Assembly: GCA_045536565.1 (NCBI GenBank)
Contig: JAZSNU010000003.1
Coordinates: forward strand, 78,544 to 142,543
Direction of reading: 5' to 3'
Length of the DNA: 64,000 nt
DNA from: Clostridia bacterium
GTDB lineage: Bacteria > Bacillota > Clostridia > TANB77 > CAG-465
Numbering within the stretch: the first letter of the stretch is position 1; every line of letters starts with the position of its first letter. Below the pieces are notes generated by a model, which searched no databases, was not told the origin of the DNA, and worked only from the letters and a program-made list of their open reading frames with translations. Shown piece by piece: positions 8,795-16,810 of this stretch. The translations under genes and the position numbers were made by a program.

Positions 8795-9473
8795 ATGTAT
8801 ATGAATGATAAAAATATTAGTATAACAAAAATCGATGACCAAGAATTTGTATTAAAAGTATTAGATAAAATAGAAAAAGTAACAAAAAAAATAAATCAAT
8901 ATGCAGGTATACCAAATATAAGAGAAATAAAAATAAATATTTATACGGATAGAAAAAAATTTATATCTGATATATCAAAATTTTATAGAGAAAATTCAGT
9001 TCCGGAATATTGCAAGGGTACTATACAAGAAGGGGAAATATATTACTTTTTAGATCAAAATTATGATGAAAGAAAACCTTTATATGTTTGCCAAATAGTT
9101 CATGAGTACATACATATATTATATAATGAATATATAAAAAAACGGAGAAAGATTAGATTGGTTAGATGAGGGATTCTCAATATATTTTTCTGGTGAAAAA
9201 GATGGTTTAACACAAGATAAGATTAAAAATATTATTAACACTATTATTAATAAAGAAGATATAAATATTGAAAATATATCACATGATAAGCAATTTGTGA
9301 TTCCAGGAAAATACAATGGCTATGAAATATCATATTTAATTGTAAAATATATATTTGAAAATATGAATAAAGCTGAAATTCATAAAATAATTAAAGATAC
9401 TTTTTATACAAAAAGTATAGAAAAAGAATTATATGAAAAAACAGTGAAATATTATTATAATCTGTATAATTAA
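8795..9473 (+). pseudogene. HExxH zinc-metallopeptidase-like gene (Peptidase_MA-like), frameshifted at an A7 tract
   Basis: Frame 1 reads ...VHEYIHILYNEYIKK. The next frame continues NGERLDWLDEGFSIYFSGEK... to the stop at 9471-9473. The shift is inside the A7 run at 9136-9142. ATG 8795 follows a GAAGGTG RBS. Confidence 0.65.
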
Positions 9474-9480
9474 TAATATA

Positions 9481-9508
9481 AAGAGGCGAGTTTAAATTCG
9501 CCTCTTTT
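9481..9508. terminator. Bidirectional hairpin between the HExxH gene and the SASP gene
   Basis: 9-bp GC-rich stem AAGAGGCGA/TCGCCTCTT with flanking T/A runs. Confidence 0.7.
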
Positions 9509-9568
9509 AGTATTTAATATACTATTGATTTAATACAAATTAAAACTTAAATTACATATTGCTTTCAG
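9507..9568. repeat. Direct repeat copy 2 (62 nt), overlaps the last codons and 3' UTR of the SASP gene
   Basis: 57/62 identical to 7424-7485. Like copy 1, it begins in the T-run of a terminator hairpin. Confidence 0.85.
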
Positions 9569-9743
9569 CTCTTTCTATAAGTTTTTTAACCATTTGACCA
9601 CCTATAGCTCCCGCTTGTCTAGATGTTAAATCACCATTGTATCCTTCTTTTAAGTTTACACCAACTTCAGAAGCTACTTCGTATTTCATTTTTTGTAAAG
9701 CAGCTTTAGCGTTTGGGTTAACATATGAATTTCTAGATGCCAT
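9552..9743 (-). CDS. Small acid-soluble spore protein, alpha/beta type
   Basis: 63 aa: MASRNSYVNPNAKAALQKMKYEVASEVGV...LTSRQAGAIGGQMVKKLIE, the classic alpha/beta SASP signature. RBS is GGAGGTG. Confidence 0.9.
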   Translation of the reverse strand: MASRNSYVNPNAKAALQKMKYEVASEVGVNLKEGYNGDLTSRQAGAIGGQMVKKLIERAESNM

Positions 9744-9796
9744 TATAATTCACCTCCTGTTTTTGTTAATTATAAAACAAATAAGTTTTACAATAT

Positions 9797-9826
9797 TAAT
9801 GTGTGAAAAAATAAGTAATTTAATAC
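9797..9826 (-). promoter_or_regulatory. Possible forespore (sigma-G/F type) promoter of the SASP gene
   Basis: On the minus strand: GTATT, 18 nt, CACATTA. Compare the GnATR-17/18-CAtnnTA consensus recalled from B. subtilis. Confidence 0.35.
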
Positions 9827-9893
9827 TGGAAATAAATAGTAAATAATATTTCAAATATTTTTTAAAAATAAAGGTATAATAATTAATAAAAAA

Positions 9894-9922
9894 TTGATTT
9901 TTTATGTAAAGTATGCTATAAT
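9894..9922 (+). promoter_or_regulatory. Sigma-A promoter of the SLH protein gene
   Basis: TTGATT, 17-nt spacer, extended -10 TGcTATAAT. It is part of a 30-nt module repeated at 12370. Confidence 0.6.
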
Positions 9923-9958
9923 ATACTTATCTATTGCGTTATGTGGAGGTAATAATAG

Positions 9959-12334
9959 ATGAAAAAATATATAAATAAAATAGTATCAATTTTTTTATTA
10001 ATAAGTTTAGTATTTTCTAATTTGCCATTAGGAGCAATATTAGCATATGTAAGACCATCTATAGCTATAAGTTCACCAAGTAAATCATCTGTAAATAACG
10101 GTGATTCGGTTTCATATACAGTTACATATAGCGATGCTGATTATATAAACTTATCATCTTCATATGTAACGCTAAACGGATTTAACGCAAATATTTATGT
10201 ATCAGGTAATGGTGATAGTAGAACTATAACACTATCAAATATACAAGGATCAGCAGGTAGAAAAAGTATTAGTATACAATATGGATCAGCTGAAAATGAA
10301 AACGGATATACTCCAACGACTCCAAATTCTGTTGCATTTATATTAAACAATAATACAGACAGTATAAGACCATCGATATCAGTGAGTTCACCAAGTAAAA
10401 CCACAGTTAATGTAGGAGATACTGTTTCATATACACTTTCGTTTACAGATAATGTATCAGTTGCCAGAGTAAATACATCTGCATCATATATAACTTTAAA
10501 TGGATTTACAGCAGATATTTATGTATCAAATACATATAATAAAAGTGTAATAACATTATCAAATGTACAAGGAGCAGCAGGTAGAAAAAGTATTAGTATA
10601 AAAGCTGGAACAGCGTTAGATAGCGCAGGGAATTTAGCAGCAGCCATAGATTCAACAGTATCATTTAATTTAAATGTAAATAATAATAGTACAAATAATA
10701 ACAATACAAATTCGGGAACACAAAACATAGACAACACTAGACCTTCTGTTAGTATAAGTTCGCCAAGTGCAAATAAAGTATATAAAGGTTCTTCATTAAC
10801 ATATACAGTAAGTTTTGCAGATAATAAAGGTGTAGATAAGATTAACTTATCAGATGCATATATTAATTTAAATGGATTCACAGCTAATGTTAATATAACA
10901 GGAAAGGGATTAAATAGGTTAATAACATTATCAAATATACAAGGAGTAGCAGGTAAAAAAAGTATCAGCATAAAAGCAGGAGCAGCGTTAGATAGCGCAG
11001 GGAATAGCAGCTTAGCAACTTCAAATTCAGTATCATTTGAAATAGTAGAAAAACAAGCAACAAAACCTACTCAAAATAGCAATAAAGTAACAGCAAGTAA
11101 TAATTCAAATAATATTAATATATCTTCAAATAATAACACAACATTAATTCAATCAACAATTGCATCTGTTGTAAAAAGCACACCTAAAATAATAAATACA
11201 TGCGAGGATAGTGCAGAAGTTTTAGGAGATGTTAATAAAGAGATAAAAACTTTTTCAACAAGATTTACATCAGAAAAAAGTTTAACAACTTATGCTCAAG
11301 AAAACAATTATGTTGCAAAAAATGAAGAAATAACATATATAGTTGATTATTATAATGGAAAAGATAAAGATGCAAAAAATGTAAATATAAAATTAGTAAT
11401 ACCATATAATGTAGATGTATTAGAAATAAATGCAGGTGGTAAAATATCATCTCAAACTGCATCTCAAACAGTAATTGAATGGGATAAAGGCACTATAAAA
11501 AAAGAAGCAAAATGTAGATTATATGTTAAAGTTAAATATTTACAAAATATGTTATTGGAAAAATCAGATAGAATTTCAGAAGAATTCTATGTAACTGTAA
11601 ATACTAAACATGATTCTAAAAATGAAAGTACATATTTAAGACAATTATTTATAGACAACAATCCAAATAAAACAGCAACAATTAACAAATATTTAACTGC
11701 AATTGATAGTACTAATTCAATAAGACCAGATGATAAAATAACAAGAGCAGAACTTGCTAAATTATTAGTTGACACCGGAATAATACAAGTAAAAAATTCG
11801 AATACAGATTACAAAAAATATAAAGATGCAGAAGAAATTCCAGCATATGCGAGAGATGCCGTATCAGCATTATATAATACAGGTATAATAGAGGAGTTTT
11901 CCGATTCTGAATTTAAACCTAACAATCCAATTGTAAGGGATGAATTCTTTAAGATAGTTGCAAAAGCAGCAAAGTATGTATCAAACGGTAAATTAGAAAC
12001 AAACAAACCAACATTTATATATACAGACATTATAGATGATAAGGATAAGGCAATATGTTCAAATAAAGATTATATTATGGAACTTATTAGAATTAATGTT
12101 ATAAAGAAACAAGATGTAAGACCAGATGAATACACATTAAGGAAAGAAGCAGTAGAGATAATAAATGCTTTAACATTTAGAGGACCTTATGTACATCAAA
12201 TGGAAAGTAATGTATTAAAGTTTGTGGATATTGATGAAAACAACTCATATTTCTATGATATAGTAGGCGCTTCAAATACATATGTATATAGTTATACAGA
12301 TACATTATGGCAGAAAATAACAAGTGTAAAATAA
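9959..12334 (+). CDS. Secreted cell-surface protein with three tandem ~105-124-aa repeats and C-terminal SLH-like domains
   Basis: N-terminal signal peptide. RPSISISSPSK...YITLNGFTA...ITLSNIQG.AG.KSISI occurs three times. C-terminal ITRAELAKLL and YKDAEEIPAYARDAVSALYNTGII..F.PNNPIVRDEF look SLH-like. Confidence 0.72.
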   Translation: MKKYINKIVSIFLLISLVFSNLPLGAILAYVRPSIAISSPSKSSVNNGDSVSYTVTYSDADYINLSSSYVTLNGFNANIYVSGNGDSRTITLSNIQGSAGRKSISIQYGSAENENGYTPTTPNSVAFILNNNTDSIRPSISVSSPSKTTVNVGDTVSYTLSFTDNVSVARVNTSASYITLNGFTADIYVSNTYNKSVITLSNVQGAAGRKSISIKAGTALDSAGNLAAAIDSTVSFNLNVNNNSTNNNNTNSGTQNIDNTRPSVSISSPSANKVYKGSSLTYTVSFADNKGVDKINLSDAYINLNGFTANVNITGKGLNRLITLSNIQGVAGKKSISIKAGAALDSAGNSSLATSNSVSFEIVEKQATKPTQNSNKVTASNNSNNINISSNNNTTLIQSTIASVVKSTPKIINTCEDSAEVLGDVNKEIKTFSTRFTSEKSLTTYAQENNYVAKNEEITYIVDYYNGKDKDAKNVNIKLVIPYNVDVLEINAGGKISSQTASQTVIEWDKGTIKKEAKCRLYVKVKYLQNMLLEKSDRISEEFYVTVNTKHDSKNESTYLRQLFIDNNPNKTATINKYLTAIDSTNSIRPDDKITRAELAKLLVDTGIIQVKNSNTDYKKYKDAEEIPAYARDAVSALYNTGIIEEFSDSEFKPNNPIVRDEFFKIVAKAAKYVSNGKLETNKPTFIYTDIIDDKDKAICSNKDYIMELIRINVIKKQDVRPDEYTLRKEAVEIINALTFRGPYVHQMESNVLKFVDIDENNSYFYDIVGASNTYVYSYTDTLWQKITSVK
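10052..11044 (+). repeat. Three in-frame tandem coding repeats (10052-10366, 10367-10738, 10739-11044)
   Basis: Each unit starts AGACC(A/T)TC..(RPS) and shares blocks such as TTAAA(C/T)GGATT(T/C)A and GCAGGTA(G/A)AAAAAGTAT(T/C)AG. Confidence 0.85.
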
Positions 12335-12348
12335 AAATACAAATTTAA

Positions 12349-12379
12349 ATCAACACCAGATATACGGTGTTGATTTTTT
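12349..12379 (+). terminator. Intrinsic terminator after the SLH protein gene
   Basis: 9-bp stem ATCAACACC/GGTGTTGAT followed by a T-run. Confidence 0.8.
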
Positions 12380-12398
12380 ATGTAAAGTGTGCTATAAT
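12370..12398 (+). promoter_or_regulatory. Sigma-A promoter, near-identical copy of the 9894 promoter
   Basis: TTGATT, 17 nt, TGcTATAAT. 29/30 identical to 9894-9923. The -35 element overlaps the 3' arm of the preceding terminator. Confidence 0.55.
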
Positions 12399-12520
12399 AA
12401 GTATATATGTTTTATAGCGTAAATATATATAATTATAATTTTTTTTATGTATGTACGATTGTACATTTTAATATAGATAATAAGTAATATAAAAAATATA
12501 AATTATGGAGGAAAGACCTT

Positions 12521-13381
12521 ATGAAAAAATTTTTACTTATTTTTAGCATTATTTGCTTTGCTTTATCGTTGGTATGTGGCTTGTTTACAGGATGGATAGG
12601 AGCCATTGTATTTACTCTTTTAAGTGTTGCTGGAATATTGATAGCAAGTTTCCTTTTAAGGAATATTGCAAATGCAAGATGGATTCCTATTATTATTCTA
12701 ATTGTTTTAGCAATCTTTCTTGTTAAAATTTCAATTTGCAAGTGTGTAATGGACAATGCGGATACACTAGCGCAGAATCAAATTACTAACTGTGAAAAAG
12801 AGGAAGAAACTGATTTAAACTCTCAAATGGTAATAACTGATATTGAAGAAGAAAAACAGCAAGAATCAGAAGAAACAACAAAAACAGAAAATGTTAAAGT
12901 GGTTGAAAAAGAGGTTCCTGTAACTGTTGAAAAAGTAGTTGAAAAAATAGTTGAAAAAGAAGTACCAGTAGAGAAAATAGTTGAGAAAGAAGTTATAGTT
13001 GAAAAAATAGTTGAAGTGGAAAAAGAAGTTCCCGTTCAAACAACAACTCCTAATTCAAATCCGACTATTAATTTTTACGGTGATCCAACTGTTCCTAATT
13101 ATGGCAATGGCTATGGTTACAACAATGGTTATTATGGTGATTCATATAACAACTATGGTAAAATAACAATATCAGGCGATGATGAAGTTGTTATGGGAGA
13201 ATCGGTGGCATTTACTATTAAAGGTGTAAACACAATATCAGAAAGCAAACTTGAACTCCCCCAGTATGTTTCGTTTGATTACAGCAAAGGTAACAAAATT
13301 TACCTTATATTCAAAAAAGTAGGCTGGTATGAGTTTGAATATGGAAATGCGACATTCGGTGTTACCGTAGTAGCAGAGTAA
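12521..13381 (+). CDS. Membrane-anchored protein with VEKxV tandem repeats and a G/Y/N-rich segment
   Basis: GGAGG RBS. Two or three N-terminal TM helices, an acidic linker, (V/I)EKEVPV-type repeats, NYGNGYGYNNGYYGDSYNNYG, and a beta-rich C-terminus. No family recognised. Confidence 0.6.
   Translation: MKKFLLIFSIICFALSLVCGLFTGWIGAIVFTLLSVAGILIASFLLRNIANARWIPIIILIVLAIFLVKISICKCVMDNADTLAQNQITNCEKEEETDLNSQMVITDIEEEKQQESEETTKTENVKVVEKEVPVTVEKVVEKIVEKEVPVEKIVEKEVIVEKIVEVEKEVPVQTTTPNSNPTINFYGDPTVPNYGNGYGYNNGYYGDSYNNYGKITISGDDEVVMGESVAFTIKGVNTISESKLELPQYVSFDYSKGNKIYLIFKKVGWYEFEYGNATFGVTVVAE
12896..13036 (+). repeat. Imperfect short tandem coding repeat (GTTGAAAAA-based, encoding VEKxV units)
   Basis: Translated as VKVVEKEVPVTVEKVVEKIVEKEVPVEKIVEKEVIVEKIVEVEKEVPV, in frame inside the CDS. 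Confidence 0.8.
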
Positions 13382-13387
13382 AATTTA

Positions 13388-13419
13388 AATCTTGTCTAAC
13401 ATGTTTAGACAAGATTTTT
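13388..13419 (+). terminator. Intrinsic terminator
   Basis: 12-bp stem AATCTTGTCTAA/TTAGACAAGATT followed by a T-run. Confidence 0.8.
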
Positions 13420-13436
13420 CTTTTATGTTTTCAAGT

Positions 13437-13443
13437 TTCGACA
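13437..13443. promoter_or_regulatory. Candidate Spo0A box upstream of spoIIAA
   Basis: TTCGACA is the exact reverse complement of the TGTCGAA 0A-box core. It lies about 45 nt upstream of the spoIIAA start. Confidence 0.4.
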
Positions 13444-13489
13444 AATAATTACTTGAAATATATGTATAATATTACAAGAGGTGGAACAT

Positions 13490-13795
13490 ATGAAGCATGA
13501 ATATAATAAAGAAACAGAAAGTTTAAAAATAGAACTAACAGAAGAAATAGATATGAGTAGTTGCAAGGTGTTAAGAAATATAATGGATGGATATATAATT
13601 AAGTACAGTCCAAAAGAATGTATATTAGATATGGAAAATGTAAGTTTTATGGATAGTTCTGGCTTGGGCTTAATAATGGGAAGATATAACCTAATAAAGA
13701 TGTTAAACTCTAAAATGACATTACTTAATCCAGGAGAACCAATAAAGAAAATTCTATCGATGACAGAACTTGATAAAGATATAAAAATAATATAG
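13490..13795 (+). CDS. spoIIAA: Anti-sigma-F factor antagonist (STAS domain)
   Basis: STAS pattern with MDSSGLGLIMG (phosphorylatable Ser). ATG 13490 follows AGAGGTGG. It lies directly upstream of spoIIAB. Confidence 0.85.
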   Translation: MKHEYNKETESLKIELTEEIDMSSCKVLRNIMDGYIIKYSPKECILDMENVSFMDSSGLGLIMGRYNLIKMLNSKMTLLNPGEPIKKILSMTELDKDIKII

Positions 13796-13803
13796 GTGAT
13801 AAA

Positions 13804-14274
13804 ATGAATAATAAAATTAAAATAGAAATAAACAATTTGCTTTCTAATGTATCTATTGTAAGAGTTGCACTTACATCTTTTATATCTAATGAAGGTCTAT
13901 CCTTAGATGAGATAATGGAGATAAAAACAGCGGTATCAGAAGCCGTTACAAACAGTATAGAGCATGCCTATGATAAAGAGGAAAATATAGTAGTGGTAAT
14001 CGCTAAAATATTAGAAATTGATAAAATGAAATATATATCCATAACTATCGAAGACTATGGCAGCGGCATAGAAGATGTTGAAATTGCAACAACACCTGGA
14101 TATACTACAAAACCAGAAATGGAGCATGCTGGTATGGGATTTACTATAATGGAAACATTTATGGATGAAGTGATAATTGATTCTGATGTAGACCAAGGAA
14201 CAAAAATAACAATGACAAAGAGGCTAAATATAAAACAAACAAATAATATAAAAGGAGAAACAAATGATGAATGA
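13804..14274 (+). CDS. spoIIAB: Anti-sigma-F factor / serine protein kinase
   Basis: EIKTAVSEAVTNSIEHAY, DYGSGI and TTKPEMEHAGMGFTIMETFMDEV closely parallel B. subtilis SpoIIAB. Confidence 0.9.
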   Translation: MNNKIKIEINNLLSNVSIVRVALTSFISNEGLSLDEIMEIKTAVSEAVTNSIEHAYDKEENIVVVIAKILEIDKMKYISITIEDYGSGIEDVEIATTPGYTTKPEMEHAGMGFTIMETFMDEVIIDSDVDQGTKITMTKRLNIKQTNNIKGETNDE

Positions 14275-14536
14275 AAAAATAATTTGTGAGAATAGTATTT
14301 TAGAATATAACTTTAAATATTATTTGGTAGAGCCATTAGATAATACAAATAATGAAATGTATGGAATAAAAATAGATAAGTATAGTGCAGATAATGAGTT
14401 AGTTGATACGAAATGTATACCTAACATTTTTCAAAGTAGAGAAAAAATGATTAAGGCAATAAGGATACTTAATAAATTACAAGTTACTCCTATAACATTA
14501 GAAGATATAGTAATAGATAATATATATACAAAATAA
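14264..14536 (+). CDS. Hypothetical 90-aa protein in the position normally held by sigF
   Basis: AAAGGAG RBS. The ATGATG start overlaps the spoIIAB stop by 11 nt. No sigma-factor motifs and no family recognised. Confidence 0.55.
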   Translation: MMNEKIICENSILEYNFKYYLVEPLDNTNNEMYGIKIDKYSADNELVDTKCIPNIFQSREKMIKAIRILNKLQVTPITLEDIVIDNIYTK

Positions 14537-14560
14537 CACATTTATATATGTGTTATTTTT
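14532..14560 (+). terminator. Intrinsic terminator ending the spoIIA-like operon
   Basis: 9-bp stem AATAACACA/TGTGTTATT followed by a T-run. Confidence 0.7.
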
Positions 14561-14609
14561 CTTGCAAATTTACATAATAAATGGTATCATATATGTAGGG
14601 AGTTTTGAA

Positions 14610-15530
14610 ATGAAAAAGATAATAGTTGAAGAAAATTGTAATATTAGAATTGATCAATACCTAAATATGCAAGATAGTGAACTTACTCGTTCATTTATTC
14701 AAAAACTTATTGCAGAAGGTAGCATTAAAGTAAATGGAAAAAATATTAAAAGTTCGTATAAAGTAAAGGAAAACGATATAATTGATATAGAAGATATAGA
14801 TATAAAAGAAACAGATATACTTCCAGAGGATATTCCTCTTGAAATTATATATGAAGATGACGATATAGCGATAGTCAATAAACCTAAGGGAATGGTTGTA
14901 CATCCTGGAAATGGTAATTACAGTGGAACAATGGTAAATTCACTTATGCATTCTCATAAAGATAAGCTATCAACTATTAATGGTGTTGTAAGGCCAGGAA
15001 TAGTGCATAGAATAGATAAAGATACGAGTGGACTAATTGTTGTAGCTAAAAATGACAAAGCACATAAGATATTATCTGATAAATTTAAAGTTCATGATAT
15101 CACAAGAGAATATATATGTGTTGTTAAAGGTATAGTTCAGAAAGATAAAATTACTATTAAACTTCCAATAGGTAGAGCACAAAACGATAGAAAGAAAATG
15201 GCAGTAACAAATAAAAATGCAAGGGAGGCAATAACACATATAGAAGTATTAGAAAGATTTAAAAAGTCTAATTATACATTGGTGAGTGCAAAATTAGAAA
15301 CAGGAAGAACACATCAAATAAGGGTACATATGTCATACATTGGTCATCCTATACTAGGTGATACTACATATAGCAAAGGTAAAAACGAATTTGATGTAGA
15401 AGGGCAAATGTTACATGCAAAAGTATTAGGATTTAATCATCCCATAACAAATAAATATATGGAATGGAGTGTTAATCCTCCAAAAGAATTTGAAGATGTA
15501 GTACAAATTCTTAGAGAAAGAGAACAATAG
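14610..15530 (+). CDS. rluD: RluA-family 23S rRNA pseudouridine synthase (RluD-like) with S4 domain
   Basis: RIDQYL S4 N-terminus, HRIDKDTSGL catalytic motif, GRTHQIRVH. ATG 14610 follows a GTAGGGAG RBS. Confidence 0.85.
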   Translation: MKKIIVEENCNIRIDQYLNMQDSELTRSFIQKLIAEGSIKVNGKNIKSSYKVKENDIIDIEDIDIKETDILPEDIPLEIIYEDDDIAIVNKPKGMVVHPGNGNYSGTMVNSLMHSHKDKLSTINGVVRPGIVHRIDKDTSGLIVVAKNDKAHKILSDKFKVHDITREYICVVKGIVQKDKITIKLPIGRAQNDRKKMAVTNKNAREAITHIEVLERFKKSNYTLVSAKLETGRTHQIRVHMSYIGHPILGDTTYSKGKNEFDVEGQMLHAKVLGFNHPITNKYMEWSVNPPKEFEDVVQILREREQ

Positions 15531-15638
15531 CAGAAAAAATATAAAAGGTTTGGCATATCAAATATGCCAAACAAATCTATATGAACATAAGCTTATGATA
15601 ATATAGTATATGAAGAATAAATTTGGTGGTGAGTAAAA

Positions 15639-16334
15639 ATGGACAAAAGATTGAATAAATTTATAGCTGAGTCAGGAGTTTGTTCTAGAAGGCAAGCAGA
15701 TAAATTAATAGATGAAAAAAGAGTAAAAGTAAATGGTAAATTGCAACTAGAAAAAGGTATAGTAATAGACCCTAAAAAAGATGTTGTAGAAGTAGATGGC
15801 AAGAAGATAAACATTATACAAAGCAAAAAGTATATTATAATGAATAAACCAGTTGGATATGTAACAACAGTCAAAGAACAAATGGGTAGACCTTGTGTTA
15901 CTGATTTAATAAAAGAAAATATTAGAGTATACCCGGTAGGAAGACTTGATATGGATACATCAGGACTCTTAATATTAACAAATGATGGAGAGCTAACAAA
16001 CAAAATAACACATCCAAAAAATCATATATACAAAACATATGAAGTAACAACATATAAAAAAGTAGAAAATGAAGATGTAACAAAACTAAAAAATGGAGTA
16101 GATATTGGCGAATATATTACAGCACCTGCAATAGTTAAAAAAATATCAGATACAAAACTTGAAATATCAATACATGAAGGAAAAAATAGACAAGTTAGAA
16201 AAATGATAGAAGCAATAGATAATAAAGTAAAAACATTAAATAGAACTAAGATCGGTGGTCTTTACCTAAGAAAACTTAAACAAGGTGAATACATGTATGT
16301 AAATAAAGCATTTATAGAAAAAGTATTTAAATAA
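15639..16334 (+). CDS. rluB: RsuA/RluB-family pseudouridine synthase with S4 domain
   Basis: RLNKFIAESGVCSRRQADKLI, GRLDMDTSGLLILTNDG, GKNRQVRKM. Confidence 0.8.
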   Translation: MDKRLNKFIAESGVCSRRQADKLIDEKRVKVNGKLQLEKGIVIDPKKDVVEVDGKKINIIQSKKYIIMNKPVGYVTTVKEQMGRPCVTDLIKENIRVYPVGRLDMDTSGLLILTNDGELTNKITHPKNHIYKTYEVTTYKKVENEDVTKLKNGVDIGEYITAPAIVKKISDTKLEISIHEGKNRQVRKMIEAIDNKVKTLNRTKIGGLYLRKLKQGEYMYVNKAFIEKVFK

Positions 16335-16341
16335 AAAAGAG

Positions 16342-16373
16342 CACTCAAAAGTATACAAACTTTTGAGTGTTTT
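16342..16373. terminator. Bidirectional terminator between rluB and rpsU
   Basis: 10-bp stem CACTCAAAAG/CTTTTGAGTG with an A-run upstream and a T-run downstream. Confidence 0.7.
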
Positions 16374-16382
16374 ACACATATA

Positions 16383-16556
16383 CTAATGTTTTCTTTTTCT
16401 AGCTGCTTCAGCTTTTTTCTTTCTCTTTACACTTGGTTTTTCATAGTGTTCTCTTTTCTTTATTTCAGCAAGCACACCATATTTAGCACATTGTTTTTTG
16501 AAACGTTGCAATGCGTTATCTAAACTTTCATTATCTTTTATTTTTATTCCTGGCAT
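16383..16556 (-). CDS. rpsU: 30S ribosomal protein S21 (not in the ORF track, 57 aa)
   Basis: The reverse-complement translation is [60 protein letters not shown] is GGGAGGGA. Confidence 0.92.
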   Translation of the reverse strand: MPGIKIKDNESLDNALQRFKKQCAKYGVLAEIKKREHYEKPSVKRKKKAEAARKRKH

Positions 16557-16630
16557 ATATATTCCCTCCCTTCAGTGGGAAATACTTATGTTTTATACAA
16601 TTTATTAAAGTATTTCAAATCTACTCATAA

Positions 16631-16659
16631 ATTATACTATATATGTATAAACAAGTCAA
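16631..16659 (-). promoter_or_regulatory. Sigma-A promoter of rpsU
   Basis: Minus strand: TTGACT, 17 nt, TATAAT. The ~68-nt leader contains a 9-bp hairpin (16579-16616) abutting the RBS. Confidence 0.65.
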
Positions 16660-16810
16660 GCGTTTTGAACAATTTATACTCCATAAATAAACATAATTTG
16701 TACTAAACTACATTATACATATACTGAGTAAGAATTTTGTCTTATAGGCTAATTTACATTGACTTTGAAAACTGGATATAGTAAGATATATAATTAATGG
16801 GGGAAGTTAA

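Noticed and set aside
9637-9846. 69-aa plus-strand ORF overlapping the SASP gene.
   Set aside because: It is antisense to a textbook alpha/beta SASP and runs through its promoter region. It has no RBS.
12445-12756. 103-aa minus-strand ORF across the start of the 12521 gene.
   Set aside because: It overlaps the RBS and N-terminal TM region of a better-supported plus-strand gene. Its hydrophobic translation mirrors the sense TM helices.
12896-13036. Regular short repeats considered as a possible CRISPR-like or non-coding tandem array.
   Set aside because: The units are about 15 nt with no spacers, perfectly in frame, and translate to VEKxV repeats inside a continuous ORF. No CRISPR array or cas genes occur anywhere in the window.
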